IMG/VR virus record: IMGVR_UViG_2910705042_000001
DNA from: a virus
DNA length: 48,201 bases
Reading direction: 5' to 3' (one strand)
Positions within the stretch are counted from its first letter, which is position 1, and the number at the start of each line of letters is the position of its first letter. A program made the translations under genes and the position numbers. The notes under the pieces are model-generated. The model saw nothing but the letters and a program-made list of their open reading frames with translations, was not told the DNA's origin and made no database searches. Below, in pieces: positions 36,419 to 44,652 of the stretch.

Positions 36419-38329
36419 TCAGTCAAGATACCTGTTGATTGCCGCTATCAGCGCTTCTGCACGATCTAGGACCGTCTTCGTTGCTTTTGGCAGGCTCTTG
36501 CGGCGTAACAGAGCCCCAGCCGGTGCGAAGTGATTCAGGTGCCCACCGTTGATCCCGCGCTGGGCGAACGCCGCCTCGACATTCTTGACGATTCGAGGAC
36601 CCGTGGAAAGCTCTTCCGTGGTCAGAGGCTGATCTTTCAGCAAACCTCTGTAAGCATCATTGACGAGTTCGATGTAGAACCTAGGCGCGAGAAGGTCTTC
36701 AACATCAGCTTCATCGCGTTCCAGGGCGTCACCCACTTCTACTAGTCCCCCAGCGTAGAGCTTTCCGGCTTTACGTAGATCGGTGATCGTCTGTGCGTTG
36801 CCCGCTGACGAGTCAGTCAGGACGGCGACGGTTATGTCGTTCGCGCCGAACAGCGTGAGGAACGCAGGAAGTTTTGTGATACCGCCGCCAGGAACGATTG
36901 TCCATCTGTCGTCCAACCCGGTGCGTTCTGCGAGTTTCAGTTGATCGGAGAGGTATTGAAGATAGACCACATCGGATGGTCCCTCAACGAACAGTACCTC
37001 GGGACCAATAAAGAGGGTCTGCGTGAGTTCGATTCCAAGAGCTGCGTGAAGTGGGAAGGCTGACTCACCATCCACACGGAGCACGTCTGCCGAGACAACT
37101 GTGCCCAACTTCTCGTCATCGACAACGGTTCGGACCTGGTTGAAGTGCCTTGGATCGACCATGAATGGCGAGTGAGTGCTGAACAGGACTTGGTGATGTG
37201 GCGCAAGCCGTTCGGAAATGAACCGAAGGAGGTCATGTTGAGCGGTGGCGTGAAGGCTGAGACCGGGTTCGTCGAGCAACAGGATCAGGGGCTGAGTGGC
37301 TTCTGCCTCCAACTTAGAAAAGTAGGCAAGGAAAGAAAAGAACCACACGAAGCCGCGTGAGCGCTCATCGAACGGGACCGTGACACGGTGCCTGAGATTG
37401 CGGACACGAACTTGAAGCAGCGGTCCCTGATCAAGAGGTTGCACCGCTCCAGTTTCAGGCTTCGCGATGACCGTGAGTTCGACCTGTAGGTTCTTGTTCT
37501 GACTCCAGTACTCGAAAATTTCGTCACTGATCGTGTTTGATGCGTTCTCCATCTGACGGATCAAGTGCTCGTGACTCTCAGGACTGCTGAAGTCTTCTAA
37601 CTCGACTTGCGCCAATGAGAGTAGCGCGAGCAGAGCTTCCTCGCCCTTGGTCAGGTCTGCGGCGTCTCGCTTTGTGATCAGCCGGGGGATTGAGATCTTC
37701 CCTGGCATCACGTCGTAGTCGCCAAAATACACGAAGACGGGGCGGCGCTTAACAAGCACGTCGATGGCGGCAAGGACCGGATCGCTATTTCGCCATTGCT
37801 TCACCCTGGCGATCACAGCATCGCTACCAGGTGTCGTGCCTTCCATTCCTTCCAGCACGTCGAGCAACTCGGCGACCGTCGTGGCACCAGATGCTGCCTG
37901 CATATCAGTTTGCGGCAACTCAAGCCCGGTGCGGAGTGTCTCGGTGACGGCGGACTCATCCACCGTGACGCCCCACTCGCCAACCTTGTAACGGTAGCCA
38001 GTGGTGACGGTGATCTTCCGCGACGCGAGGGAGTCGTTACCAAGAACTGCCTCGACTGCCGCCACATCGTCATCATCGAGTTCGTAGGTCAGGGTCGTCA
38101 CCGGGAGGGGTTGGTCCCCTTGAACTTCGCGTGTCTTGTGGCTCGGGTAATCCAAACCTGAATCGAATGGGGTGGTTGTGATCGGGCGGCTCTTGTAGAG
38201 AGCCTGGAGGGTCGCTGTCTTGCCGGACTCGTTCTTACCCACGAGGCAGGTGACATCGGCTTCCACGTCGAACTCCGTGGGTCCTTCGATGCTGCGGTAA
38301 CGCCGGATCTCGGCATGGATCAGTTTCAC
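36419..38329 (-). CDS. OLD-family ATP-dependent nuclease (ABC ATPase + TOPRIM)
   Basis: VGKNESGKT, RSRG signature, LLLDEP, STHSP, VEGPSD, D-x-D-like LTDS, VEDLL; GTG 38329 with SD GAGGAG. Confidence 0.85.
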   Translation of the reverse strand: MKLIHAEIRRYRSIEGPTEFDVEADVTCLVGKNESGKTATLQALYKSRPITTTPFDSGLDYPSHKTREVQGDQPLPVTTLTYELDDDDVAAVEAVLGNDSLASRKITVTTGYRYKVGEWGVTVDESAVTETLRTGLELPQTDMQAASGATTVAELLDVLEGMEGTTPGSDAVIARVKQWRNSDPVLAAIDVLVKRRPVFVYFGDYDVMPGKISIPRLITKRDAADLTKGEEALLALLSLAQVELEDFSSPESHEHLIRQMENASNTISDEIFEYWSQNKNLQVELTVIAKPETGAVQPLDQGPLLQVRVRNLRHRVTVPFDERSRGFVWFFSFLAYFSKLEAEATQPLILLLDEPGLSLHATAQHDLLRFISERLAPHHQVLFSTHSPFMVDPRHFNQVRTVVDDEKLGTVVSADVLRVDGESAFPLHAALGIELTQTLFIGPEVLFVEGPSDVVYLQYLSDQLKLAERTGLDDRWTIVPGGGITKLPAFLTLFGANDITVAVLTDSSAGNAQTITDLRKAGKLYAGGLVEVGDALERDEADVEDLLAPRFYIELVNDAYRGLLKDQPLTTEELSTGPRIVKNVEAAFAQRGINGGHLNHFAPAGALLRRKSLPKATKTVLDRAEALIAAINRYLD

Positions 38330-38544
38330 GGACGCTCCTCGCTGGACGGACAGTGGTTTCCGTGATCCATCGTAGCTGTCCCAACAATCACGAGTTGCTG
38401 AGACACGGCGTCGAACAGGTGCATCGAATGGACTGATCCGCACACTGGCCCGATACACCTCCTGAAGACTCATTCTCAAATGTCCGAACCTAGAAGTACT
38501 CTTAGAAATGGGACAGAGACGAGTAGATGATAATCGAGGGCAAC

Positions 38545-38746
38545 GTGATTTACGGCTACATCAGAGTCAACACCGCGCAGCAAGCTAGGGAAGGAACCTC
38601 GCTCGCCTCCCAACGGTAGGCACTGGCTGAAGCGGGTGCGGAGCGTTTGTGCAAGGACGCCGGTCAGCCGGGAGCAAAGAAGAGCCGCCCGGCCTTGGAC
38701 GATCTGCTCAACCATCTCCGCCTTGGCGACGCGGTGGTCGTCACCA
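38545..38746 (+). pseudogene. Serine resolvase N-terminal remnant
   Basis: MIYGYIRVNT..Q...SL..QR*ALAEAG...SRPALDDLLNHLRLGDAVVVT; in-frame TAG at 38617-38619, then truncated. Confidence 0.75.
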
Positions 38747-38983
38747 CATTCATGACGCCGGTTGGTAGGGGTGTTGTCATGAGCTTGTCTCAGACGTGGT
38801 ATGACCTCGTTTCTCGGACAAATGATGGCGGAGTTCCCCGTACGGTTGCTGAAGTGCGCGCAGCGCTCGATCGGGTGGTTTCGATAGAGGAGAAGCGGAA
38901 GCTTGTTGCCTCGAAGAAGAGGGTGCCACTGTCTGTTGCGAAGAGTCTGTCGTCTGTGTCGGCATTTTGACGAAGACTGTCGA

Positions 38984-39400
38984 TCATCGAACGTGGAGGC
39001 ATCCGTTACGAATGAGTGCGTCGAGGTCCCCGAAGTCGCCGGGGCTTCCCTGCCTTCGTGTGAGTGCCGCGAGCGCCCGGTGGGTGAGGTGGACAGGTAT
39101 CGGGCCTCCTCGGGCGGAATAGGCTGTCTCAGCGCTGATTGTGCATGTGGTGAGGATGCGTAGGTCCGTTGTGGTGGTGATTTCGAGGAGTTGGCCGTCG
39201 GCGATGAGGTCGTCGATCGCGTCGCGGGGGTGAGCCGTTAAGACGGAGAGGACGCCAAGAGTTTCCTCGCGTGTGCGCAGGCACGACCAGAATCCGGTTG
39301 GGGGCGTGTGTCCATGTGCGACATAGACTCGACCGGTGTCCAGTGGACGCACTGATATGGCCTGCATCCACGGAGGCAGGGTGTTGTCAGGAAGGTTCAC
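38984..39400 (-). CDS. Hypothetical protein
   Basis: 138 aa; GTGA overlap with the upstream nuclease gene. Confidence 0.5.
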   Translation of the reverse strand: MNLPDNTLPPWMQAISVRPLDTGRVYVAHGHTPPTGFWSCLRTREETLGVLSVLTAHPRDAIDDLIADGQLLEITTTTDLRILTTCTISAETAYSARGGPIPVHLTHRALAALTRRQGSPGDFGDLDALIRNGCLHVR

Positions 39401-40203
39401 CGGCGCTTGCGCCCTTCCACGAGCCCGAAGTAGATGAGGAAGGCGATGGTCAGTGCAATGATGCTGACCGAGTTCTCGCGGGCGGTTCTCGTGATCGTGT
39501 CGAGAGCGTCACCGGAGGCTTGCACGTTCCCCTCCGTGGTAGATGTGTCTGCGCCGTGCGTGGTCTGCGAGGCTGATGGTGTGGAGCTCGTTGCCATACC
39601 GGCACAACCGTGGAGGGTCGAGACGAGAGCATCCTTGTCTTCGGGAGGAATCGTCAGGTCGTGTGTGGCAACGATCGTGGTGAAGTTGACCGCGTACTCG
39701 CACGAGAAGTCTGGGTTGGCCGGCATCCAGTCTGAGGGGCCTTTGTCGCCTTTGGACATGTTGGCCTTACCTTGGACAGCCAGAAGATTGTCAGTGTTGT
39801 TGGCAAAAGCGACCCGCTCGTCTTGAGTCCACGAGTCCGCCCCGTTCTGCCACGCCCACGAGAGCGGGACAATATGGTCAATTTGAACTTGGGTGGGCGA
39901 GGCTTTCGTGAATCGGATAGTTGTCCCCGTGTAGGGGTCTTCCAAGGTGCCGGACTGAACCTTGCAGTCACTTCCCGACACAAGGACGACATCGCTCAGG
40001 TCGCGGGCAAGAACATCATTTCTCGTGTCACACCCATTCTTGTCAGTGTCCTTCCACCCGTCGGCGAACTGGGCCGACCTGTCATACTCCGCCGACGGTT
40101 CTGAAACCGTGACGGTCAGGGCCTCGGCAGCCGCGAGCGCATCGTCGATTCCGGCATGAGTGATCGTGGCCAAGAAGGTGGTGGCGAGAAGTGCTGTCAA
40201 CAT
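39397..40203 (-). CDS. Exported HNH nuclease (DUF1524-type) with C-terminal TM anchor
   Basis: YDRSAQF..W.D.D.NGCDTRNDVL, DPYTG, QIDHIVPL..AW, FAN..DNLLAV...N.SKGDKGP..W.P. Confidence 0.85.
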   Translation of the reverse strand: MLTALLATTFLATITHAGIDDALAAAEALTVTVSEPSAEYDRSAQFADGWKDTDKNGCDTRNDVLARDLSDVVLVSGSDCKVQSGTLEDPYTGTTIRFTKASPTQVQIDHIVPLSWAWQNGADSWTQDERVAFANNTDNLLAVQGKANMSKGDKGPSDWMPANPDFSCEYAVNFTTIVATHDLTIPPEDKDALVSTLHGCAGMATSSTPSASQTTHGADTSTTEGNVQASGDALDTITRTARENSVSIIALTIAFLIYFGLVEGRKRR

Positions 40204-40212
40204 ACCCGAGTA

Positions 40213-40220
40213 GTGTGCGG
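40213..40220 (-). promoter_or_regulatory. CCGCACAC octamer
   Basis: CCGCACAC-TACTCGGGT-ATG (40203). Confidence 0.75.
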
Positions 40221-40223
40221 GCC

Positions 40224-40670
40224 TTAGTCCATGCGCACTCCGGGCAGCCCGACGTCGAAGATTGAGGCGAAATAGGTGGAGTTGTCTCTCACCCACGGGG
40301 GTGTCATATGGTCGATGTCGTCTTGGCTGACCTCTTGTGTGCCGTTGGATGACGTCACGTTGTAGGTCCCACCTTCCAGTGGTGTGACGACGCATCCGTC
40401 CAGGGACCACATGTTGTCAGGGCCCTCGCAGTAGATGTGGTCGGGCAAGATGGCGTTGCGCACGAGTCCTTCACTATCGGATCGGGTCAGAGTAAAAGAG
40501 CTGCCCGGAACGTGGACGATGAGGCGTTCACCGTCAGGTGCCGCGAAGTAGTCCACGCCGGGCCAATGCACGGAGCGTTCGGGGTTGATGGTCACGTCGG
40601 TCAGCCCATACGTGTGCGGTGTTGCCTGCCCAAAGCACAGGGACCGGGGGATCTCGAAGATGTCGCTCAT
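40224..40670 (-). CDS. Hypothetical protein
   Basis: 148 aa; octamer 9 nt upstream; C-terminus (VSQDDID...SIFD) weakly resembles the CCFH tail without the Cys pair. Confidence 0.6.
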   Translation of the reverse strand: MSDIFEIPRSLCFGQATPHTYGLTDVTINPERSVHWPGVDYFAAPDGERLIVHVPGSSFTLTRSDSEGLVRNAILPDHIYCEGPDNMWSLDGCVVTPLEGGTYNVTSSNGTQEVSQDDIDHMTPPWVRDNSTYFASIFDVGLPGVRMD

Positions 40671-40679
40671 GTGTTATGT

Positions 40680-40699
40680 GTGTGCGGGAATCCGCACAC
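40680..40699. promoter_or_regulatory. Back-to-back CCGCACAC octamers, 4 nt apart
   Basis: GTGTGCGG-GAAT-CCGCACAC; each copy is 9 nt from an ATG (40670 minus, 40709 plus). Confidence 0.75.
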
Positions 40700-40708
40700 A
40701 CAACACAC

Positions 40709-41272
40709 ATGAGCAGATATGAGATACGTCCTCGACGTCGACCAGCCAAACTCAGCCGCAGGGTGCCCGTATGGGTGGGGTTATGCGACGTGAGCAACAA
40801 GCGAAAGTACTCAACGAAGCGAGGTGCCAAGGGAGCGGCCAAAGAAGTGCGAGGAGATCGGGAGATGTCGGTCTATAGGTGTCCTGACTGTGGATACTTC
40901 CACGTCGGACACACCCATGGCATGACTCGGCAGTTCTTCCGCGACATCCGCACCGAAGAGAATCTGCAACCAGACGAGTTCGACGACAAGCCGACATACC
41001 CGGGATACACGACACTGTCACACCTCTCATTCGGTAAGAACCTCATCATTTCGATGCGTTCACGCCGCCATCCCGACCACATCTATATGGCGTGGGAGAA
41101 GGTTCGTCCAGGACAAACCCCATTCAGCGACCCGGACAGATCCGACATTCGGGAAGTCACGTGTGAGAAAGACATCCATGCTTTCATCTCCGACCATGCC
41201 TCCTACATCCTCCAGACGGAACCACAGCGCGCCCACAAACTCCACATGGAAACCCTGACAGCCCTCGGGTGA
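40709..41272 (+). CDS. Hypothetical protein with C..KRKY...YRCPDCGYFHVGH zinc-binding motif
   Basis: Motif; start set by the octamer. Confidence 0.6.
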   Translation: MSRYEIRPRRRPAKLSRRVPVWVGLCDVSNKRKYSTKRGAKGAAKEVRGDREMSVYRCPDCGYFHVGHTHGMTRQFFRDIRTEENLQPDEFDDKPTYPGYTTLSHLSFGKNLIISMRSRRHPDHIYMAWEKVRPGQTPFSDPDRSDIREVTCEKDIHAFISDHASYILQTEPQRAHKLHMETLTALG

Positions 41273-41287
41273 GACGCAACGCCGCAC

Positions 41288-41295
41288 CCGCACAC
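41288..41295 (+). promoter_or_regulatory. CCGCACAC octamer (leadered gene, cut by IS256)
   Basis: CCGCACAC-TACCCACAT|G; SD GGAGG; ATG 41336 (MSDTPELDDA) runs into the IS end at 41365. Confidence 0.6.
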
Positions 41296-41364
41296 TACCC
41301 ACATGACCAACCAGCATCACTCCTTTGGAGGACACATGTCAGATACACCAGAACTCGACGACGC

Positions 41365-42721
41365 GGGAGTGTCCGTTTAACGGTGGATGTGGTCTGGCGC
41401 ATTTTTAGTTGATTCGGCCTTCGAAGGTGATCGCGAAGGCGTTCAGGGCGGGTTTCCACCTGGTTACCCATCGTGCCCGTCCCCGCCCGGTGGGGTCAAG
41501 GGAGCGGGTCACCAAGTACAGGCATTTCATCGCGGCCTGCTCATTGGGGAAGTGGCCTCTGGCTCGTACTGCTCGCCGGAAGCGGGCGTTCAGGGATTCG
41601 ATCGCATTCGTTGAGCAGATCACTCGGCGGATCTCTACGTCGTAGTCCAGGAACGGGATGAACTGGTCCCAGGCCCGCTCCCAGAGTCCCCGAATCGCCG
41701 GATACTGGGCGTCCCACTTCGTAGCGAACTCCTCGAACCGTTCCCTAGCTGCGGCCTCAGTGGGGGCCGTATAGACCGGGCGCAGATCCCGGGCGATCTG
41801 ATCCCAGTACTTCCGGGACGCGAACTTGAACGTGTTACGGACCAAATGGATGATGCACGTCTGCACCGTCGCGAGCTCCCACGTGGTCGTGATCGCCTCG
41901 GGCAGGCCTTTCAACCCATCACAGACCACAATGCAGACATCGTCGACACCCCGGTTCTTGATCTCGGTCAAGACGCCGAGCCAGTACTTCGCACCCTCAC
42001 CACCATCACCGGCCCAGATACCCAGAATGTCGCGTTCCCCGCTGGTGGTGACGCCGATAGCGGCGTAGAACGGCCGGTTGGTGACCTGGCCGTCACGGAC
42101 CTTCACCACGATCGCGTCGATGAACACCACTGGGTACACGCGATCCAGGGGACGGCCTGCCCACTCTGTCATCTGGTCGATGACCTTGTCGGTGATCTTC
42201 GAGATCGTGTCCTTCGACACCCTAGCCCCATACACTTCGGCGAAGTGCGCTGAGACTTCTCCGGTGGTCAGGCCCCGGGCGGTCAAGAACAGCACGATCT
42301 GGTCGATCCCGTCCAGCCTGCGCTGCCGTTTGCGCACGATCTGCGGGTCGAACGAGCCGTCCCGATCCCGGGGCACCTCGATCTCGACCGGCCCGATCTC
42401 GGTGATCACCGTCTTGGCTCTGGTCCCGTTACGCGCATTCACGTTGTCGGTGACCTAGTGTTTCTCGTAGCCGAGGTGTTCGGTCATCTCCGCATCCAGC
42501 GCGGTCTCGATGACCTGTCTGGTCAGCCCGGCCAGCAGGCCTCCCGGCCCGACCAGGCTCACGCCTTGTTCCTTGGCCTGCGCGAGCAGCTGCTCGGCAA
42601 GCTCTCTTTGATCAATGATCTGTCCCGTCACGGGATCAATCATTTCGGTCGATCGTGAATCTGTCACTGCCTTACCTTTCAGTCAGGCCAGACCCACATC
42701 CACCGTTTACCGGACAGTCCC
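41365..42721 (-). mobile_element. IS256-family insertion sequence
   Basis: ~35-bp imperfect terminal IRs GGGAGTGTCCGTTTAACGGTGGATGTGG / GGGACTGTCCGGTAAACGGTGGATGTGG; no flanking direct repeat. Confidence 0.9.
41405..42667 (-). pseudogene. IS256 transposase with one in-frame TAG
   Basis: HLGYEKH*VTDNVNARNG (TAG at 42455-42457); PRDR, DAI, DGLKG, QTCIIH, TNAIES. Confidence 0.9.
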
Positions 42722-43195
42722 GCACAGTGAAGAGCCGCCAAAGGCGAAACACAGGTAGAGAGCATTCCGTTGTGCGGTGGGTGGTTGCGGGCGCGGCCCG
42801 CAACTTCCCATCGCCCACCGGGCAGGAAGTGGGTAGTTCTAGAACCACGATCTAGAAGTACCTCGCCTTCGTCCCTGCACCGGATGGAGTCACATTCAGA
42901 TTGTCAAAGCCGTCGGCCTTGAGCTGCCCCTGAGAATCCGAGCTAAACTCACCAACCCATCTTCCAAGGACCAGTTCATGTGGCCGGTAACCTCTCCATC
43001 ACACTTGGCACTGGCACCACGGGTGGGGGGTTAGGTGCGGGAGGAGGTCAGGTGTGGTGCGTTGAGTGCGCCACACCTGACCTACACACCTACTTGCGGT
43101 AGGCGGCTAACGTGTCACTACCAGAACCAAACCAGTCACCAGCAACAAGCTGATCAGAAGAACGCCCAAACACAAAGCCTGGACGAGACCCACCA

Positions 43196-43429
43196 GCCAA
43201 CCGATCCTTCACGGCTGCTGCGACGTTGCGACAGAAAATCACCTCAGTCGCCGCTCGTAATGGGGCCTCCGTCACGAAAGTGAGCTCCGCATATATCTCG
43301 ACCATTCACACCGCGTGCGCCACATTGAACACCCGGAAGAAAGGCGAGATGAAAGTAATGTGTCGTACTTGCAAAACCAAGTACGACGTCGACGACAACG
43401 CCCTTGATGTCATCGAGCTGCGAAGCTGA
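43196..43429 (+). pseudogene. C-terminal remnant of a Cas12m (type V-M/V-U1)-like effector
   Basis: ANRSFTAAATLRQKITSVAARNGASVTKVSSAYISTIHTAC..N...VMCRTCKTKYDVDDNA: HxxC/CxxC zinc finger plus RuvC-III, spaced as in the Cas12m C-terminus (compared from memory); upstream in-frame stop at 43151. Confidence 0.6.
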
Positions 43430-43474
43430 CAGCATGGTAAGTACGACCACGGATGAATCCGGGGGCTTTTAGGC

Positions 43475-43654
43475 TCAGGTAGCGCCGTCAAGAACCGGGG
43501 TTCTCTCGGGTCGGCTTACACCATCAACACCTACCTGGTTTACTTCTGCCAGGGCCAGAATCGTCTGGGCTGCGTTCACATCACGGTCTGCGGTGTAACC
43601 GCATTCGCACCTGAAAGTTCGTTCGGACAGGCTCAGGCGGGTCTTGGCTATCAT
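43475..43654 (-). pseudogene. tnpB: TnpB C-terminal remnant
   Basis: Manual translation: AKTRLSLSERTFRCECGYTADRDVNAAQTILALAE...GAT* (59 aa, below the ORF-track cutoff). Confidence 0.85.
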
Positions 43655-43744
43655 TTCCGCTACTATGACTATGGGACAACGGACTATGAGTCATATGCGT
43701 CCTGAATCACACCACCATTCTCATAAACACAAGAAAGACACCTC

Positions 43745-44257
43745 ATGCGCACTCACCCGACTTTGCTGCAGAGCAGCACAAAACTAGCCGCAATATTAGC
43801 TGCCCTGCCACTTGCCTTTTCGCTGGCCGCTTGCTCGGCGGGTACCTCCAGTCCCTCTGACGATTATTCAAAGGGTTACAAGGACGGCTTAGCCGCGGCA
43901 GCAACTTCCAGTGGGGTACCAGAAGTTGGCACAACGCCGGTTGCCTCTGATAAGCACATCGGAGTGGTACCGAACTTGGTCGGGCAGAATGTTGCCCAGG
44001 CTGCAACCTGGAGTTTGAATGAAGATTTCAGAGTGATGGTTGGAGCGGGCAACTTGTTGGTCCGGATTATTACGCCCGACGGAACACTAGTCACTGAGGA
44101 GAATGCCGCCAACTACAAGATCGTATCTCAGGATCCTGCCGCGGGCACGTCTTTCAAAATGACCTATATGCTCGATGAGAACGGCAAAGAATATGGCAAT
44201 CTCGTCGATAGCCAAGGCATCTGGGAAGTGGTTGTCAACGCCGAACCGATTGACTAA
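43745..44257 (+). CDS. Lipoprotein with PASTA-like domain
   Basis: Lipobox LAAC; VVPNLVGQNVAQA...KIVSQDPAAG; visibly lower GC than the backbone. Confidence 0.75.
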   Translation: MRTHPTLLQSSTKLAAILAALPLAFSLAACSAGTSSPSDDYSKGYKDGLAAAATSSGVPEVGTTPVASDKHIGVVPNLVGQNVAQAATWSLNEDFRVMVGAGNLLVRIITPDGTLVTEENAANYKIVSQDPAAGTSFKMTYMLDENGKEYGNLVDSQGIWEVVVNAEPID

Positions 44258-44530
44258 ATGGACGTGTGCGAGGAACGAGACGCGCCCATTGAAGAACTCG
44301 AAGTTATGCCCGACCACGTACATCTGCTTGTCACATGTGACCCTCAGTACGGGATTCACCGGCTTGTCAAGCAGATTAAGGGCAGGTCGTCACGAATGCT
44401 CAGGGAAGAGTTTCCGCACGTCAAGTCCAGGTTGCCATCCCTGTGGACGAACTCGTACTTTGTTGCCACGGTTGGCGGGGCAACGCTCGCTGTTGTCAAG
44501 CGGTACATCGAAGCGCAGAAAGACGTGTAG
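44258..44530 (+). pseudogene. tnpA: IS200-type Y1 transposase, 5'-truncated
   Basis: MPDHVHLL (HUH), IKGRSSR, LWTNSYFVATVG, RYIEAQK; N-terminal part missing. Confidence 0.85.
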
Positions 44531-44586
44531 CCGCCCTTTCCTCCCCACGGCTAAAGCCGAGGGTTTCTCGGGCGGTATCCGATGAA

Positions 44587-44652
44587 TGTGCCCGATTTTC
44601 ATGACATTACACACTGACATATCATTGATATATCAAGAAAAAATGCTTTACC
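44587..44652 (+). promoter_or_regulatory. AT-rich CRISPR leader candidate
   Basis: AT-rich stretch next to the first, consensus repeat; repeats degenerate towards the far end. Confidence 0.5.

Larger units (their letters stand above)
43437..44581. mobile_element. Non-autonomous IS200/IS605 (IS605-group) derivative carrying a passenger gene
   Basis: Subterminal hairpins CCACGGATGAATCCGGGG (~43447-43464) and CCCACGGCTAAAGCCGAGGG (~44544-44563); divergent 3' remnants of tnpB and tnpA; TTCAT next to the tnpA-side end on the minus strand. Confidence 0.75.

Noticed and set aside
13349-40410. Longer ORF-track starts (3882, 13349, 13845, 21021, 28651, 31626, 40410, 40619)
   Set aside because: The extensions run through the octamer (translated as AHY/PHT/AH); the true starts are the ATGs 9 nt downstream of it.
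10246-40619. CCGCACAC copies inside genes (~10246, ~15248, 23268, ~40612) and at 20916
   Set aside because: They lie in coding sequence or point into a terminator with no credible gene downstream; treated as chance and not counted.
38617-42457. Two in-frame TAG codons (resolvase, IS256) suggesting amber recoding
   Set aside because: Intact genes here end normally at TAG (17926, 30804, 32348); single CAG>TAG changes in decaying mobile genes explain both.
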